From the human T2T-CHM13v2.0 reference genome, Homo sapiens: a stretch of 64,000 nt of DNA. The stretch is from assembly GCF_009914755.1 (NCBI RefSeq), contig NC_060938.1. One strand, 5' to 3'. Shown here one piece after another: positions 26,201 through 45,299 of the stretch (position 1 is its first letter; every line of letters starts with the position of its first letter). Under the pieces are notes generated by a model. The model ran no database searches. It saw only the letters and a list, made by a program, of their open reading frames with translations, and was not told the DNA's origin. The position numbers and the translations under genes were made by a program.

Positions 26201-26502
26201 TTTTATTTGAGTGGATGGTTCCAGTCCCTGATTGAGCCAGACTATTATACAGAGTCCAGCCATTTCTACTTAACTCAGGACTCCTCCTGTTGGGCCAGCA
26301 GAGACCTTGTCAGATCTGCACCATGGTCTGATTGCTCCCCTACCCAATCCGGCATCCTCCCTGTTCATGTCATAGGGGCCACTCCCCACTGAGCCCTATG
26401 CACTCCTAACTCCATCTCAGTGCCAGCTTCAGACCTAAGGGACCTAGTGCTGGGGAGGAACTAAGTCGGAGTGATAGGATGGACATGGATTGGGGGTGCC
26501 AC

Positions 26503-27508
<1,006 letters not shown>

Positions 27509-27811
27509 GGGGGTGCCAATTTAAACCTGGGGGTCAGGGATGCCCCCACTGATGATGCCATCATGTTGAGCTGAAACCTGAGGGCAGGACACCACCCAAC
27601 AGCAAAGGAGTCCAAGAGAGGAAACAGCAGGTATGAAGGCTCTTGATGTGTGGCTGAGGCATGGCGTGCCCGCCCAGAGAGTGAGAGGAGAACAGACAGC
27701 AAAGCTTCAAAGTGGAGGCACATCCTGCAGGCCACTGTCACAAGTTTGATTTATTCCAGATGCAATGGGAAGCCACTGGAGTGTTTTCAGCCTTAGAGTG
27801 ACATAATCTGA

Positions 27812-28816
<1,005 letters not shown>

Positions 28817-30907
28817 CCTATATTCCTTTTATATACTTCCTCACATATACATGAAATACTTTCATGCACACACACATATAGCTATACACATACACACGGA
28901 GCCACACTTTGCTTCATAGACATATCATTTCCCATTTTCCAAAGGGAAGCAAGTCTGAGTGTGGGAGGTGGCTGGGAAAAAGGGGCTAGGGGGTTAATGA
29001 GAGGAAGAGGTAACAGCTACTTAGTCATTGGAGAAATACAATGCCTGAACACCTATTTTACTCTATATTGCACCTGATGGTTGGGCCTGCCAGTTATTAT
29101 GGGGACTACACTAAAGCCTTCATTCAGCAGGTTGGGGGTGGGGGGCCTGCTCTGCAGCTCCTCTTCACTCAGCCACTGCCACCCACCTGCTCACCCGCCA
29201 CTGCCTGAGTCAGCTTTCACTATTCTCCTGATGACTTACAGGGCGTGAAGGGTTGAGGGGGGTAGGGAAGGTGGGAATCTGCCCCCAACTGCCTGGGAAG
29301 CCCCACAGCTCACAGAAAGGAGGAGATTGGAAGGTCTGTCCTTTCAGGGCCTCACTTGCCGAAGCAGGGAGAGGACAGGCTGGGGTGGGGTGGGTGCTGC
29401 TTTGGGAAAATCCAGGCCCCTTTTCAAGGCCCTGTAGGACCTGTCCCCTGTACTCCCCCAGCCCCCAGCCAGTTCTGCTCCAGTATCTCCTCCCTTCCAG
29501 CTCTGAGCCCCAGCCATGGTGCTGCCAGCAACCAGCAGCTCTTCAAACACACACCTTCAGAATCTTGGCATATGCTGCCCTTACCACACCACCTGGAACA
29601 GCTTCCTTATCCTTCCTGTCTCAGCTTAGGAGCCACCTCCTCAGGAAAGTCCTCCCTGATTGTCCCACCATGCCACCCCAATCAGAGGTCCCCCTGTGCT
29701 TGCCTCCACTTAGCACTTTACTGCACTGGGTTATGCCTGTCTGCCCTTCACAACAGAGAGCACGTCTATTTCCTGCACTTGCTGCCTGGCACATGGCAGG
29801 TACTCAATAAATGTTTCTTAACTAAATGAAGGTCGCTCCTTTGTGCAACTAAAACTAGAAAGGAGGATTTGCGGGGAAGGATTCCTTGGTCACTCCCATC
29901 TTCTTGGTTGCCCCAGGGACCACCTGCTGATCACCAAGACTCCAGCACTCGTCATAGGACGCCTATGGCATGGTTTATCTTCTATCTCTTCTACCTTCAG
30001 CCAACTCTGGTGTGTGTCGCTGGAATAATATCAGGCCCCCTGAGGTGGGGCAGGAGATAATGGGGGAGGCTTGGGGAGTGGCGTAACATGGAGTTGAGAA
30101 ATTCAAGTTACTATATGAGATTCGAGTTACTATGTGAACGCGGGATTGGGTGTGCGTGCATCTGTGTGGTGTACCTGTGCTGGCAGGGAGGATCAGACTA
30201 GGCATTTGGGGATTGAAATGAACAGAGGTCACAGCAGAAAGACATTGAAACAATCTAAATAGGGCTAAAGCAGTTTGCTGATTAAAAGAGAGGGCTTGCC
30301 AGGCATCCACCCTGCCTAGAAGCCTGTGCTGAACCAGGAGAGGTGACTCCATGACTCAGGACCTGGGCAGTGCTGATGGGAATGGATCCTGGCCTTTTTG
30401 ACCCCAGCAGAATCCTGCTTCCCTTCCCAAGGAGCAAAAAAATATAAAAAGGCATAGCTATTATTGAGTAATGCTGCTGCCCAGGCTGCACTGGGACAAA
30501 CATCACTAATCAATCACGAGTGCACCCATCACCTCCAGGCCAGAATAAGGTGTCGGAATTCTCAACACAGTGCTCCCAAGAGCCATTACTGATAGCTTGG
30601 GATCCACATAAGTGGATCACTGGTCTCCTAAGTGTCAAGTGCTTAATAAATCCATGGCACAACCTATCCCTGAGTTAAGGATTAACTTTTACTTCTGAAA
30701 AAGAACAAAAACTCAGCATGGTTGAGGAATTCAGCCAAGTTCACACAGGTAGTAAGAGCTGGGCTAAGAATTTAGACCTTCCTAGGCCTGGCTTCCAATT
30801 CCTTGCTCTTGAGCATTTATCATGCTGCCAGCTTCCAATGGGCATCTGTTCCACCATGTTGTGGGCATTCATTGGAGCTTTGTTGCTTCTCACTGTTAAA
30901 CCCTCCT

Positions 30908-31290
30908 GTATAATTCTGGGGTCCCAGCAGAAAACAGATGTTACCCTAAAATAGGGCAATTGAAGGATCTTTCAAGAAGGGACAAGTTGTAAAGGTGGGC
31001 AGCACAAAGGGAAACCAACAAAAAATGAAGACCTGGTGGGACAGGGACAGAGTGACTGGATGCTGGAGAGACCCAAAGCTGCAAAGGAAAGGAGCAAGGG
31101 GAACAATACCCCACCCTCTCCCCTCCCACCTCCCACCTCCCACCTCCATTCTTCTCCAGTGGTGCCGCCCATTGGGCAAACCCAGCCAGAAGCCAGGAAG
31201 CATGAGAGTTCAGCTGATGCAGCCCATACAGATCAGACTCCTGGACTTCAGAGTGGGGGAGGGTGAGAGGGATGAAGTCTGGAGGCACCA
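30908..31290 (-). mobile_element. Old ERVL-type LTR remnant (LTR41-like)
   Basis: GGGTCCCAGCAGAAAACAGATG...AGGGAAACCAACAA resembles a recalled consensus; family uncertain. Confidence 0.4.
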
Positions 31291-31525
31291 ATTGGGAAGG
31301 CCATCCAGAATGCTCCTATTCTGTTTGGGAGCTGGGGATGGGAATGTCCCTTCCTGAGGGGTATTTATGGAATAAATCAAATCAAATCACAGAAATCAAA
31401 TCACAGAAATCAAAGCTGGAGATTCTCTCTCCCTCTACTTGCTGGCAGCCAGGATGTGGGCTCATGACCTAGACTCAGTCATTCAGAAATTCCCCCGGGA
31501 ATGCAGTCTTACAGGAGTAGCTCAG

Positions 31526-31839
<314 letters not shown>

Positions 31840-31849
31840 TCAGACCCAC

Positions 31850-32149
31850 AGGGTCAGATATTCCTGGCAGAGGCAGGGGCTGTGGCAGAGAGGCCACAGA
31901 GAGGCTGCAGTGAGACCCATGGAAGGCACAGAGGTGGTGACAGCAAAGGTATCCTAAACAGACCACCCTGTGGCATGACCTTGGCAGTGATGCCGACTGC
32001 CCCGCATCCCTTAAGGCATTTTCCAAGCTGGGGCTCCAGCCTTTCTGTGGATGCCATGAGCACCCCAAATCTTTTCTGTAAATCTTTTCTCTGCTTAAGA
32101 GCATCAGAGTCCATTTCTCTTGCTTTCAAAGAGAACTCTGACTGATACA
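31850..32149 (+). mobile_element. Old MLT1-type LTR 3' part
   Basis: Terminal CTGCTTAAG...TTTCTCTTGCTTTCAAAGAGAACTCTGACTGATACA. Confidence 0.55.
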
Positions 32150-33485
32150 AACACCCAGGACAGATAGACAATGCTTATGGCGGAAGGTGGTCCCCTGACA
32201 GGTGCACCAGAAATGCAGAAGGGGAAGAGGCATCCAAGTTGCAGTCAGGTAGGTCCTTAGAGCCTCCAGATCCCCTGCTGAACCCTGTGGCTCTGCCATG
32301 CACTGAACTGGGCAAGCTTGCTTTGTGTCTTTGGCTGAGCTGCCTCTGAGCCCCCTGAAGGAGAAATCCTATTGTGTGTACCCCCGTCCCAGAGAGTTTA
32401 CTTTTGGAGGCTGAAGGAGAACAGACTGCCCTCCTCACCCAAGAAAAGACCCTGCCACAACCAACCTGTGAGTGCTCTGGAGGCCCCGGGCATCCCACGA
32501 ACCCCCATCCCCAGAGAAGTCTTCTGAAGGAAGGGCCCAGCCTCCCAGCATCCTCCCTCCGCCAGAGGCCTGGCCTGAGATATGGATTGTCTTGGCTGAG
32601 CTGCCCAAGGAGTAACCAGCTGAGCTACTGCCTCCATCACCACCCAGATACCCAGGATTTGGTTGTCTCTCTGGATGTTCAATATTGCTCAGGGAATGAG
32701 AAGAAAAGCAAAGCAGAAACTGCTGAGGTGGCAGCTGCTGCCTGATACAGCTGGGCCCTAGCAGGCCCTGGGGGTTCCCAAAGAGGGAGGAGAGGAGGGT
32801 GGGAAGTTCAGGAGATCCTCAGTCCCCAGGAGGCAGACCCAGGCGGGCCTGGCCACCTCTCTCTCAGGAAACTCCTTCTGTGGGCTCAGCCCATGGGAGG
32901 GTGCACTCCAGCACCAGGACCTGACTGTTCTGCAAACATTGACGCACAGTCCCCAGGTTGCAGGGAGAGCGAAGCTTGCATGCTCTTTGCCCTCAAAAGC
33001 TTAGGGCTTGAGGGGGCCACAGGTGGATACCTGTTCTGGTGGAAAACTGCAGAGAGGCACAGGCATAGCAGGGGTGCCTGGAACCAGCTCCTCTTCCTGA
33101 GACCCCCACCCTCATCCTCTTCCTCCAGCTCCCACAGAACCTGAGGAGAAGCCAATGTCTGGGTTCCCCAGATGCCTCCGCTCGCCTCCTCCTCCACCCT
33201 CACAGCAGCGCTGGAGACAGATCCATGGAGGTGACTCTCCCACTGTCCCAGATGCACTGGCTGCATAGTTGGGGAATGGGCTGCTCCCCAGGCCAACGGG
33301 ATGTGCAGCCACCCTCTCCTGGGTTGGGAGGACCCCCTAGTCCCACACAGAGTCTTGCACCAAGCCCATCTTGGCAGTCGTTGCAGCTGAGGCTTGGAAC
33401 AGGGTTCCAGCCCATTGAGAAGAATAGGAATGGTGGGGCGGGGGCGAGGGTCATGGCCCCTTGGGACCTCATCAAGCCTGAATAG

Positions 33486-33962
<477 letters not shown>

Positions 33963-35342
33963 TAAGCATCTGTGAGGTTTTCTCCCCTCTGGGCCCCTTG
34001 GGCCAGGAGGGAGGCACAGGGGTGGGTGGGGGCCAGCTGGGGCTGGGGGGAGCTAGTTGGGGGGAATCAGCCTTTCATCTTGGCTGTGTGAAGCAAACCC
34101 AACCCCTCCCCAGCCTGAAGCTGGCTGGCATTGGCATGCACCATAAATCTCCAGGATGCAGCTGTGACTGGATTATTTATAGCTCCAGTCTTACATCTCT
34201 AACTCGAAACTGTCACACAAAGGGAAAGGTAATGAAATCTCACCTCTCCTGCCTGTCCCTCAGTCCACACCGCAGGGCCTTCCAGAGCCTGTGGCTGAAG
34301 GAGGGAGGAGAGGCCTCCCCCCCTGCCGCCTCCCTCCCTTCCTGGCTCCCTCTGTCTTCTCCTCTGTCGTCACGCACACACTTCGCAGCGCTACGTTCCC
34401 TCTCAGACACAGCCTCTCACGTTTTCTTTCTCTCTCACGCATACATTTCCTCACAGATGCAGACATTTCTGTCCAGCCTCTTCCTCCCGCTCAGCTCGCC
34501 CTGCCCGGGCCCCTCCTATCCCTGCAGACACACTCGCACACGCCTGCCCTTTTCCTTCCACGCCACCACTGTCTCCCTGCGTGGCTCACTCCCTTCCGCC
34601 TTGTTTGCCTCTTTGCTTTGTCAATGAAGACGCTGCCACATTAATGAGCAGGCCTGTCCTCTGTGGAGGCACACCGGCTCTTTGTCGCTCACTGGCAGAA
34701 GTGTCAGCTCACATTCATCTTGCTCTGCCTGTAAGAGTCCCACGGGCATTGCCTCCCCAAGTGGGACCCATTTTGTGGCACGTGGCCCGGACGACACGTA
34801 TCCCTGGGCTTGACATACACAGACACACAGGAAACATCGGCCATGGGACATGCCTCTCCCCCTGCAGTGAGGAGCATCTAAGGATGCGCTCTGCAAATTC
34901 CACGAAAGGCCCCGGGTGCGGTATTTCATGGTGCAGAGGTGAAGTTCCTCCTCCCTCCTGTTTCGTTGTCTCGCAGTTTTCTACGGGCCAGTCCCTCTGT
35001 TACCCCATCCCACAGGCGCCAATGGAAACTCTGAGCCCCATGCAAGCTCCCATGGAGACCCAAGGCCCAGCCTCTCTCCCTGCCCAGCCCTCCACCCCCA
35101 GGCCCGCAATCATCAGAAAGCAGCACTTCCCACTGCAGCCCTGCCTTGACGTGGCCCACAACTCACTCCATCCAGACAGTCAGGGGGGTAGGCAGTGTGT
35201 ATTTGTGTGTGTGTGTATGTGTGTGCGCGCACTTCTTGTGCTGAATGAGTGGTATTCACGAACAATGGCAGCTTACCCTGGGCTGACGGTGGGGTTGGGC
35301 CTGGGGACAGAAACCCTGCAAATTTCTTGGAAATCGCTCTCC

Positions 35343-35953
<611 letters not shown>

Positions 35954-36204
35954 ATCTTTTTTGTCTTAAAAATTAACTTGACTTTTGGCATTATTCACTA
36001 TAACATATATGTCAATCATCTCAAATTACTTATAATTCAACAGTTAACTTTTTTTCTGAAATCTTTGCTTAAAATTGATCTTCCTGAAAGTTGAGTCTCA
36101 AAAACCCTCTGGCTCATCCCAGGGACCCCGAGGGCACAAACACCCCATAGGTTAAAGAGCTATGGGAGCAGTCTATGGGGTAAGAATATGGCATATAACT
36201 CTAT

Positions 36205-36440
36205 GGGGGAAAGATAAGAGCAGGGATTTGGGTTTACATCCTGACTCTGGCAGTTATTAGCTGTGTGACCTTGGCTAGATCACTTAACCTCTCTGTGCTT
36301 CAGAATCTCAGCCTATAAAATGGGGATGATGATGATGATAGCACCCGCCATACACATGGTTTTTATGATGATTCAATACATTAATGTATGTAAAATACTT
36401 AGGACAGTGGCTGACACAATGTAGATGTTTGCGATTATTT
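36205..36440 (+). mobile_element. MIR
   Basis: TAGCTGTGTGACCTTGG...CACTTAACCTCTCTGTGCTTCAG...TAAAATGGGGAT core. Confidence 0.8.
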
Positions 36441-37081
36441 TTCTGTAGAAGACCAAAACACAGCCGTCTAATCATCCCCAGAAATTGAAATGAGAGATCT
36501 CTCTTGCCTCCCTCCTCCCTCCTAGGATGAGCACCTGCCCCTGCCTATGCCCCACCTCAGCTGCAGTCCTCGATCATTCATTTAATCTGCAAGGCAGTCA
36601 GTCAGTTAACAAACATTCTCCTCTGTTCCAGGCACTATTCCTGCACTGGCACTCGGTGTCACACAAGACATTCTAGAAGGGGAGCCAGAAACATGCAAAC
36701 AGCATTCGGATCATATTCAGAACTGAAGTCTCAAAGAAAAGTAAATATTCTTTATTCCAAAGAGCCACTCCCTAGCTGTAGAGAGCAGGGGAGGCAGGCG
36801 GGTCAGAGATGAGTGCAGGGCAGAGTGATCATGATGGTATTGTCCGCTGGACTTCACCCCTCTGGACAGGCCTGCTATGGTGGGCACTGAGCCCATTTCT
36901 CTGCAGCAGAGGATGGTGGGGGCTGGAAGAGCAGGGGCTGGTATCAGGACGCAAACCTTCTGTGGACCAGGCAGTCCTCCCAATTCCATCATCTCCTACA
37001 TGGCCCTTTGGTGAAACAGGTGATTAAGCCCCACTCTCATTTGCCACACGGGGAAACTAACTTGAAAAGAGATATCATTTG

Positions 37082-37443
<362 letters not shown>

Positions 37444-39418
37444 CTAAGACTAAATCCATACGTGGCTCTGCATTCCCTGTTGTTTAGGGAATGAAGGGCA
37501 ATGATGGTAAACAGCCCAGGTGTGCCCACTCCATGGTCCATTTTATCCTGGAAATGGTGAACACAGGCTCTCCCATGTTCAACAACTGTGTGACTGCCTG
37601 TGGGCACACAATTGTCCTGGGGCTGTGGGCCTTTGCTGTCCAAGAGTTCTTATCTGCGAGTCCCTAAGATGGCTGCAGAATCAATCAGGTTGTTCGTGCA
37701 AGGTCAAGATCTAGGGAATGACTGGAGGTGACCATGAAAAAGTCATGGGTCCTGAACCATTGAGCCAAGTCAGAGGTCCAGAAAGTGACACGTCAAGGCC
37801 TCTGCTAGGGTGTTTCAGGACCAGGGAAGAGTGGGGTAAGACAGTGGAAGGTGCCTGGTAGGCGTGGTCAGGGCAGGCCCAGAGGGCTGGAAACTGCAGA
37901 GAGGTTGGCCAATGCAGGAGAATGGGAATGCAGACCCTGTGCTCCAAGGGCCTCTCTGCCTGCTGAGTTGGGGGTTGGGGGAAGGGGCTCCAGTCTGTGT
38001 ATTGACTCCCTGTCCTTCTTTGACCTCTGCACGCCTAGCCAGCAAGGTGCTGGATGGCTCAATCAGAGAGAAATGTGATTTGGGCCAAGTTTCCTTCCAC
38101 CTGAGCCCAGGGAAGAGCTGGAGGCCTGGCCAGTGGGGCAGAGGCCAAAATTACAGTATCAGAGAGATTTACCATCAAATCCAGAATGGCCTCATTCCTG
38201 AGTCATGCTGTCCTGTAAACTTAGAGCACCTCCCAGCACTCATGAACTCGGTGCTGGGGCAGTTTCTTATCTTAAACCTGTGGATAAGTGAGGCTTGAGA
38301 TTTTCCCACCCCTGCTCAGTGAATTCGTGTTTACTCAACAAAACACAAGCCAAAATGTCCAAGCTGAAGCAATTGCCTCTCCATTAGCCAGTTGTATGTT
38401 TCTGGTACTCTCCCCCTATCTGGTTGTGAGCATAGCCACAAGGACTTTAACTTATGACTACATTCCCAATGCTGAATCAATTATTATTGACCAAATGACA
38501 CAACAAAGCAAGGAGCATCCAGGTTTTCTGACTGAGAACTTGATTACTTCTCTGCATTGCTCCCCCATAGTCCAGGTGTCTGCTCAGTTGAGGGGGCAGG
38601 AAGTTCCTGTTTGGCAGGGACAGTTCCAGGTTTTGATGACCAAATTGGTATCTATACTAAGTCATCATTTATGCATTTACTGCTGGAGGTTAAGGGAAAT
38701 GGTTACATAACCCAAGGAGACTGTGTCAGCCTGTAGCAGCCCCTCCTCCTGTAGCCACGGACACCCAGCTCCATTTACAAGAAGTTCCCTCATATCTGCC
38801 CCCAACATCCTATGTCCCCACAGCCACCCAAGTTGATGGGAGACAAGACCCCCTGATAGGTTCAACCTGTCAGCTTTCCGGACAGACCAGAGATCCCCCA
38901 CTCTCTCGGAGACCCTGGAGTAGAATCAGCTGAGAAGAGAATGTCTTCTGGCCACAGGCCCTAGGGCCCTGTGCTCTGGAAGGGTGAATAGGTGCATTCC
39001 ACCCTAGGGCAATGTGAGCACCTGCTGCTCCCCCAGCAGCCCAGGCAAGGTCGGTGTTTTGGGACCGCCCTACTCCCCAGGCACAGGAACAGGGCACCAG
39101 TAAAGCAATTCACTGGGTAAAGCACTTCACGGACCCACCTGTATCCTCCCTCCGTAGCTCAGGAGTATCAGGGCTCCAGGACAACATTTCCTTTACCAGC
39201 AGCCTCCTTGTCTTCAGCCATCACTCACCCTAGGACCCTCAATAACCTGCACATTGATTTTTTCCTTTAGGAAGGCAATGGCATTAGCATCATAATTGAC
39301 ATTGCAGATACTTTACCATTCAGAATCATCTATTGTCTCATTTGATCCCCCTTATAATGCTTTCAAGGAGGCACTGGTCTTCCTACTTGACAGAAGAGAA
39401 ATTCAAGGCTCAGAGTGA

Positions 39419-40792
<1,374 letters not shown>

Positions 40793-41238
40793 TTGCTGCA
40801 GCTGTGCCATATACTGACAGCTCAGTCCTTGAGCTTGTGGGGCTGCAGGAGCAAGGGATTGGGTGGAAGACTAACGGGTCAGCCCTGGGTCAGCTGGACT
40901 GAGCCTTAAGCCAGTTCATTAAGGCTCTCAGCCTCAAGGTCTGTTCTCTATGGAAGGCCTCAGAATACTTTGCAGGGCTGTTTTGAGGCTTGGAAATCAC
41001 GTAGGGGGAGTACCCTGCATCTGTAAAGTACTCAGACACACAAAGCCTTTCCTTCTCTCCCCTGCAATGTGACATTTCCTTCAGAAAACATTGTAGGAAA
41101 GCTTTGCTTTATTGGCAAGAAGAATAAATGGCATAGTATGCACAGAGCTGGATGCTCAATAAACATCCGTTCCCTTGGAGAGGCGAAAGGGAGAACAGCT
41201 TGATGGACGCTGGGAGGGAGAAAAACAGAAAAAGAGAG

Positions 41239-41339
41239 TGGGCGGGGTCGGGCAAGCAGAGGATGACGAAGGTGCGTCCTGACATGATCATGGGCAGGGC
41301 TGGGCGGGCAGGGGATGGCGAAGGTGCCCTGACATGATC
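41239..41339 (+). repeat. Diverged two-copy tandem repeat of about 50 bp, G-rich
   Basis: TGGGC...GGATG(A/G)CGAAGGTGC(GT)CCTGACATGATC at 41239-41289 and 41291-41339. Confidence 0.85.
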
Positions 41340-43347
41340 GGGAAACGCTCCTGGCGAGTAGGGGATCCTTGGCAGGGAAGAAGAGAGGGTTGTCCTCATG
41401 CCTTGCTCTTGAGGAAAAGGTGGCAGCAAGAACAAGGCCAAAGGCTCCATTCCACCTGTGCTTGTTTGCTGGAGACCTTGTGACACCGCTTGCCCCTTTC
41501 TGGGCCTGTTTTCTCTTTGCGAAACAAAAGGCTCTGGAAGGTGCCTCCCACCCGGAATTATGCAGGGTACTCCCCGGCCAGCCTTGTTCGCTGGGATACC
41601 CCACCATTTTGCTAAGGTGGGCTGTTGTCACCTATGCATAGCCCTCTGCCTGCCTCCTCTGTCCCCCACCACTGTACCCTCCTACCCTCTCCTTCCCAGA
41701 CATGAGGGTTTTATTTTTAACCAGAGTTTACAAGCAGGATCTGGAAAAGCCAGTTTGTGGAAGATGTTCCAGCACTGGCTGGCTCCCTCCCCCACAGTGG
41801 GAGGGAGAGTGGCTCGGGCAGCCCTTGGCCAGGCAGGGAGACCTGCCCAACAGGTGTGGGTGAAGGGCAGCAGGCCCAGGGACTAACAGCCCAGCCATCC
41901 TTGCCAGCTGCAGAACTGGAAGGGGGCCCAGATTGACCCTGGCTGCTCTGGAGGGGAGGAGAGGTTGCCCTATGGCAGGGGTGGAAGCAGCAGAACCTTC
42001 TGGGCTTTGCTGATGTCTCCTCCCCTATGGGGACTGATTGGCCCAGGGCTTCCCTCTCTCCCTGGGGACATCTCTGGGCAGAGTGGCCCAATGCCCTGCT
42101 ATTGCAAGCCAGTCCTCTCCTTCTCGGGCACCAGGGAGGGGGCAGGCAAGGCCAGGTTCCCCGGTAGGCAGATTAAGTGTGTTCTCAGGCCACTGGCAGC
42201 AAAAGGCCATCAACAAAGTGTTTTGGTTTGGTTTTGCTTTTTTAAGAGCTAATATTTCATACTTCAAAAATAGCAAGGAAGTAGTCATCCTGGGGAAAAT
42301 CAAAACTTTGTTGGACTTCCTGACACTTATTTTAAGGCTTAGGATTATTTTATTTGGAATTTGTGTGTGAGTGAGTGGGGGAGGTACACCTTAATCCTTC
42401 AGCTCTTAAGGCTGCTAAAGGTCTTAATCCAGCTCAGGGAAAATCAAGGATCAGAAAGGGGGTGGGGACCCTGAGGCGTTGAGGAGGAGGGAGTATGTGG
42501 CCTCAACCTATAGCTCTATACCCTAGAGGGGAAGGCTTTCTGCAGAAAGGGGACACTGCCGTATTATTTTTAAAGGAGAGCTGGTCTAGCCCAGCCAGAG
42601 GTGTGCAGTGTGATGCCTGCGTTGGTGTGAAGAGGATCTCGGGAAATCAAGGTGTGAGTTCTTGCAGGGGGAACAAGGAGCAGGGGCACTCAGGGCCTGG
42701 GAACAAGGCCTGGCAGCCTGGAATTGCCACCCCTGGGCCAGAGCTGGGATTTGGTCACTCTGGAAATGGTAAGCCTCTTGGCCAGAGGTGGCCAAAGACA
42801 GTTGTCACTTTGGAGGGGGAGCTGACAGCCCATTTCCTGGAAGATGGTTCCAAGGATGCCACTCAGCTCTGAGCCCCTGGAGGCAGGGCAGGGCTCAATG
42901 CCTCTTCCCCCATAGCCTGCTGCAATGGAGCACATTACTCACAACCCAACTCCGTTCCTGCCGCAGCCAGAGACTCAACAACAAATGTTTGCTAAGCACC
43001 TACTTGCTCCAGGCACTTTTTGTACCTCATTGTAACCCTCAAGTTACCTGTGGTATGGTTGAGCTACCCCATGTTCAGATGAGGAAACAGGCTCCGAGAC
43101 ACTGAGCTCACTGAAGAGCACATCACTGGCAGGAGGCAGGGTTAGGATACAAACCCAGTTGTCTGACACTGCCCAGCATGCTTTACTTCACACCCACTGG
43201 TCTCACCCCTGCTCAGGCCTCCAGAGGGACAAAGCCACAAGCTCTCCTGCTTCAACCCTCTTTGCCTAGCCAGGCACCTCTCAACTTCTACCACGGCGAG
43301 GAGCCTCCAACATTATGAGCGAGGAGACACACAAGCACTCCAGGTCC

Positions 43348-43515
43348 CAGAACCAGCTCCATAATTTTCTGGGCACAATGCAAAATGAAAACGCAAAGCC
43401 CCTTGTTCCAAATGATCAAGAATTGCAAGACAGTGATAGCAGAACATTCAACCATCTCTTTTGAATGTCGGACCGCTTGTGAGTGCACAGGTCCACACCC
43501 ATGAAGGCAGTCCTG
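43348..43515 (-). mobile_element. MER45A-like hAT-Tip100 MITE
   Basis: CATAATTT...TGCAAAATGAAAA...CCCCTTGTTC...TGCACAGGTC...CCCATGAAG...CCTG. Confidence 0.75.
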
Positions 43516-44706
43516 CACAGAACCCACACTGTCCCCCAAATAAACTCCTCCCTTACCTGGGAAATTACATATCCCAGACATAAGGCAAGTACGATTGCCA
43601 TGGGCCTTGGGAAGCAAGTCCTCCACTGACCTGGAGGCCCCACCACCATCCTCAGGCACTCTTGACCTCACCTCTCATCTTCCAGGTCACATCTGCATGT
43701 AACCAGGGGCTACCCCATAGCCCCCGACAATCTATCATCCCTAAAGAACTGACTTGGATGGAGTGAGGCAGTGAGCCTCTCTACTCTCCTCCCCTTTTCT
43801 GACTAATTAATCCTAGCACCTCTTCCTTGACCCATTCCTTGATCCTTGCTGGAGACAACCTCTTTCCTCATCTGACCAACATTTACTGAGCATCTAGGCA
43901 CTGTGCGAAGGCTTCAGGACTAATACTACTAATTTCACTCTAGAACAGCACCGGCCCCTGCTGGGAGCTCCATCAGCATTTGTAGAAGTGGTGGAAGTAG
44001 CTGCCTAATGAGTGGCACCTGGTGTCAGGCAAGGAGCTGAGCTGGGCACACCTGCTCACAGACATGGTCTCATTTAATCCTCGCCACAGCCCAGCAAGGT
44101 GGGCATCACTGCCGCCTTGGGCCTAAGAGGAGGCTGAGGCTCTCAGAGTAATGTGCAGAAGGTTCCATAGCTACTGAGTAGAGCAAAGAGACCAGGGTCT
44201 GGTCCCAAAGGCTTCTTCAGCTCTACCGCAAATTGCTCCTAAACTTTCCTGCAAGGAGTCCTGTCTGGTCAGGAGAGCACCCATAAATAAATATTACAGA
44301 AAAGTCCTGAGGGGTCCCTGCAAGTCTCTCCATCTCTCCATTCTGGCTTCCTCCCTCTGCTCCCAGTGTAAGTGGGGCCCCAGTTCTGTCCCAGGTGCAT
44401 CCCCCTCCAAGCTCTCTATGTACCAAGCCCCACTCTAGAGTTTTATGGGCACTTATGCATATAATCCAACCACTAGCACTATGAAGTAAGTACAATTCTC
44501 ATGCCCATTTTCTTTGTGGGGAAACTGAGAGACAGTCTGGCCCCAGAATCTATGCTCTTGACCACTACACACTTCTGGAGGCCCCCTGCCTGGGTTCAAA
44601 TCCTGACACACCAGCAACACCACATATCAGCTGTGTAAACTTAGGCGAGTTTCTTAACCTCTGTGCATGGATTTCTCCATCTGTAAAATGTGGACTATAA
44701 TAGCAC

Positions 44707-45160
44707 TGTTGTGCCAATCCCCTGTCAATTCCAGTGGGGATGGCACCAGGTTCAAGAGGCCGTAGCAGAGACCCAGTGCCAGCAAATGATAGAGCACTGG
44801 GGCTTTACTGGGGACTTACATTCAGGGAAGAGAGTTCAGCGGCAGCGGGTTGGGCAGAAGAAACGCAACTGCTTGCAAAAGGCATGCAGTTTATAGAGCA
44901 TTGTCACTTAGCACCCTTTCCCTAACAACCTCCACCTGGCAACCTTCTTTCAGCGCAAAACTTGGGGCCCCCATCTCTGTATGGCCCAAGTTCCATAGGG
45001 CAGACTGGGGGTTCAGCTGTTCCTCATAGGCAAGGAACCAATCTCCAGGTTGGCCACTCCCAGACCCCCCAGCTTGGAACACACGTGCAGGTGCATCTGC
45101 CATACAGGGTCATTCTCAGTGTGTGCTGAAGTGATTGCTATCAGGTGCACTTCCTATACA
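44707..45160 (-). mobile_element. Complete solo ERVL LTR (LTR47-like, 454 bp) inserted in a MIR
   Basis: TG...CA termini, 5-bp TSD AGCAC/AGCAG; MIR sequence on both sides (about 44590-45270). Confidence 0.75.
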
Positions 45161-45299
45161 AGCAGCTACTTTGTAGAGCTGTTGTGCAGATTGGGTGGGG
45201 CAGTATACATAAAGCAGACGGGTGCCTGGCACATTGTAAGCGCTATGTGTATGAGAGCTATTGTTAATATTATGAGTTTCCAGTACCTATACCGCCACC

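Noticed and set aside
38328-38707. Possible old LTR (TG...CA) overlapping a 140-aa ORF
   Set aside because: No TSD found and no family recognised; the ORF has a non-ATG start and no clear domain.
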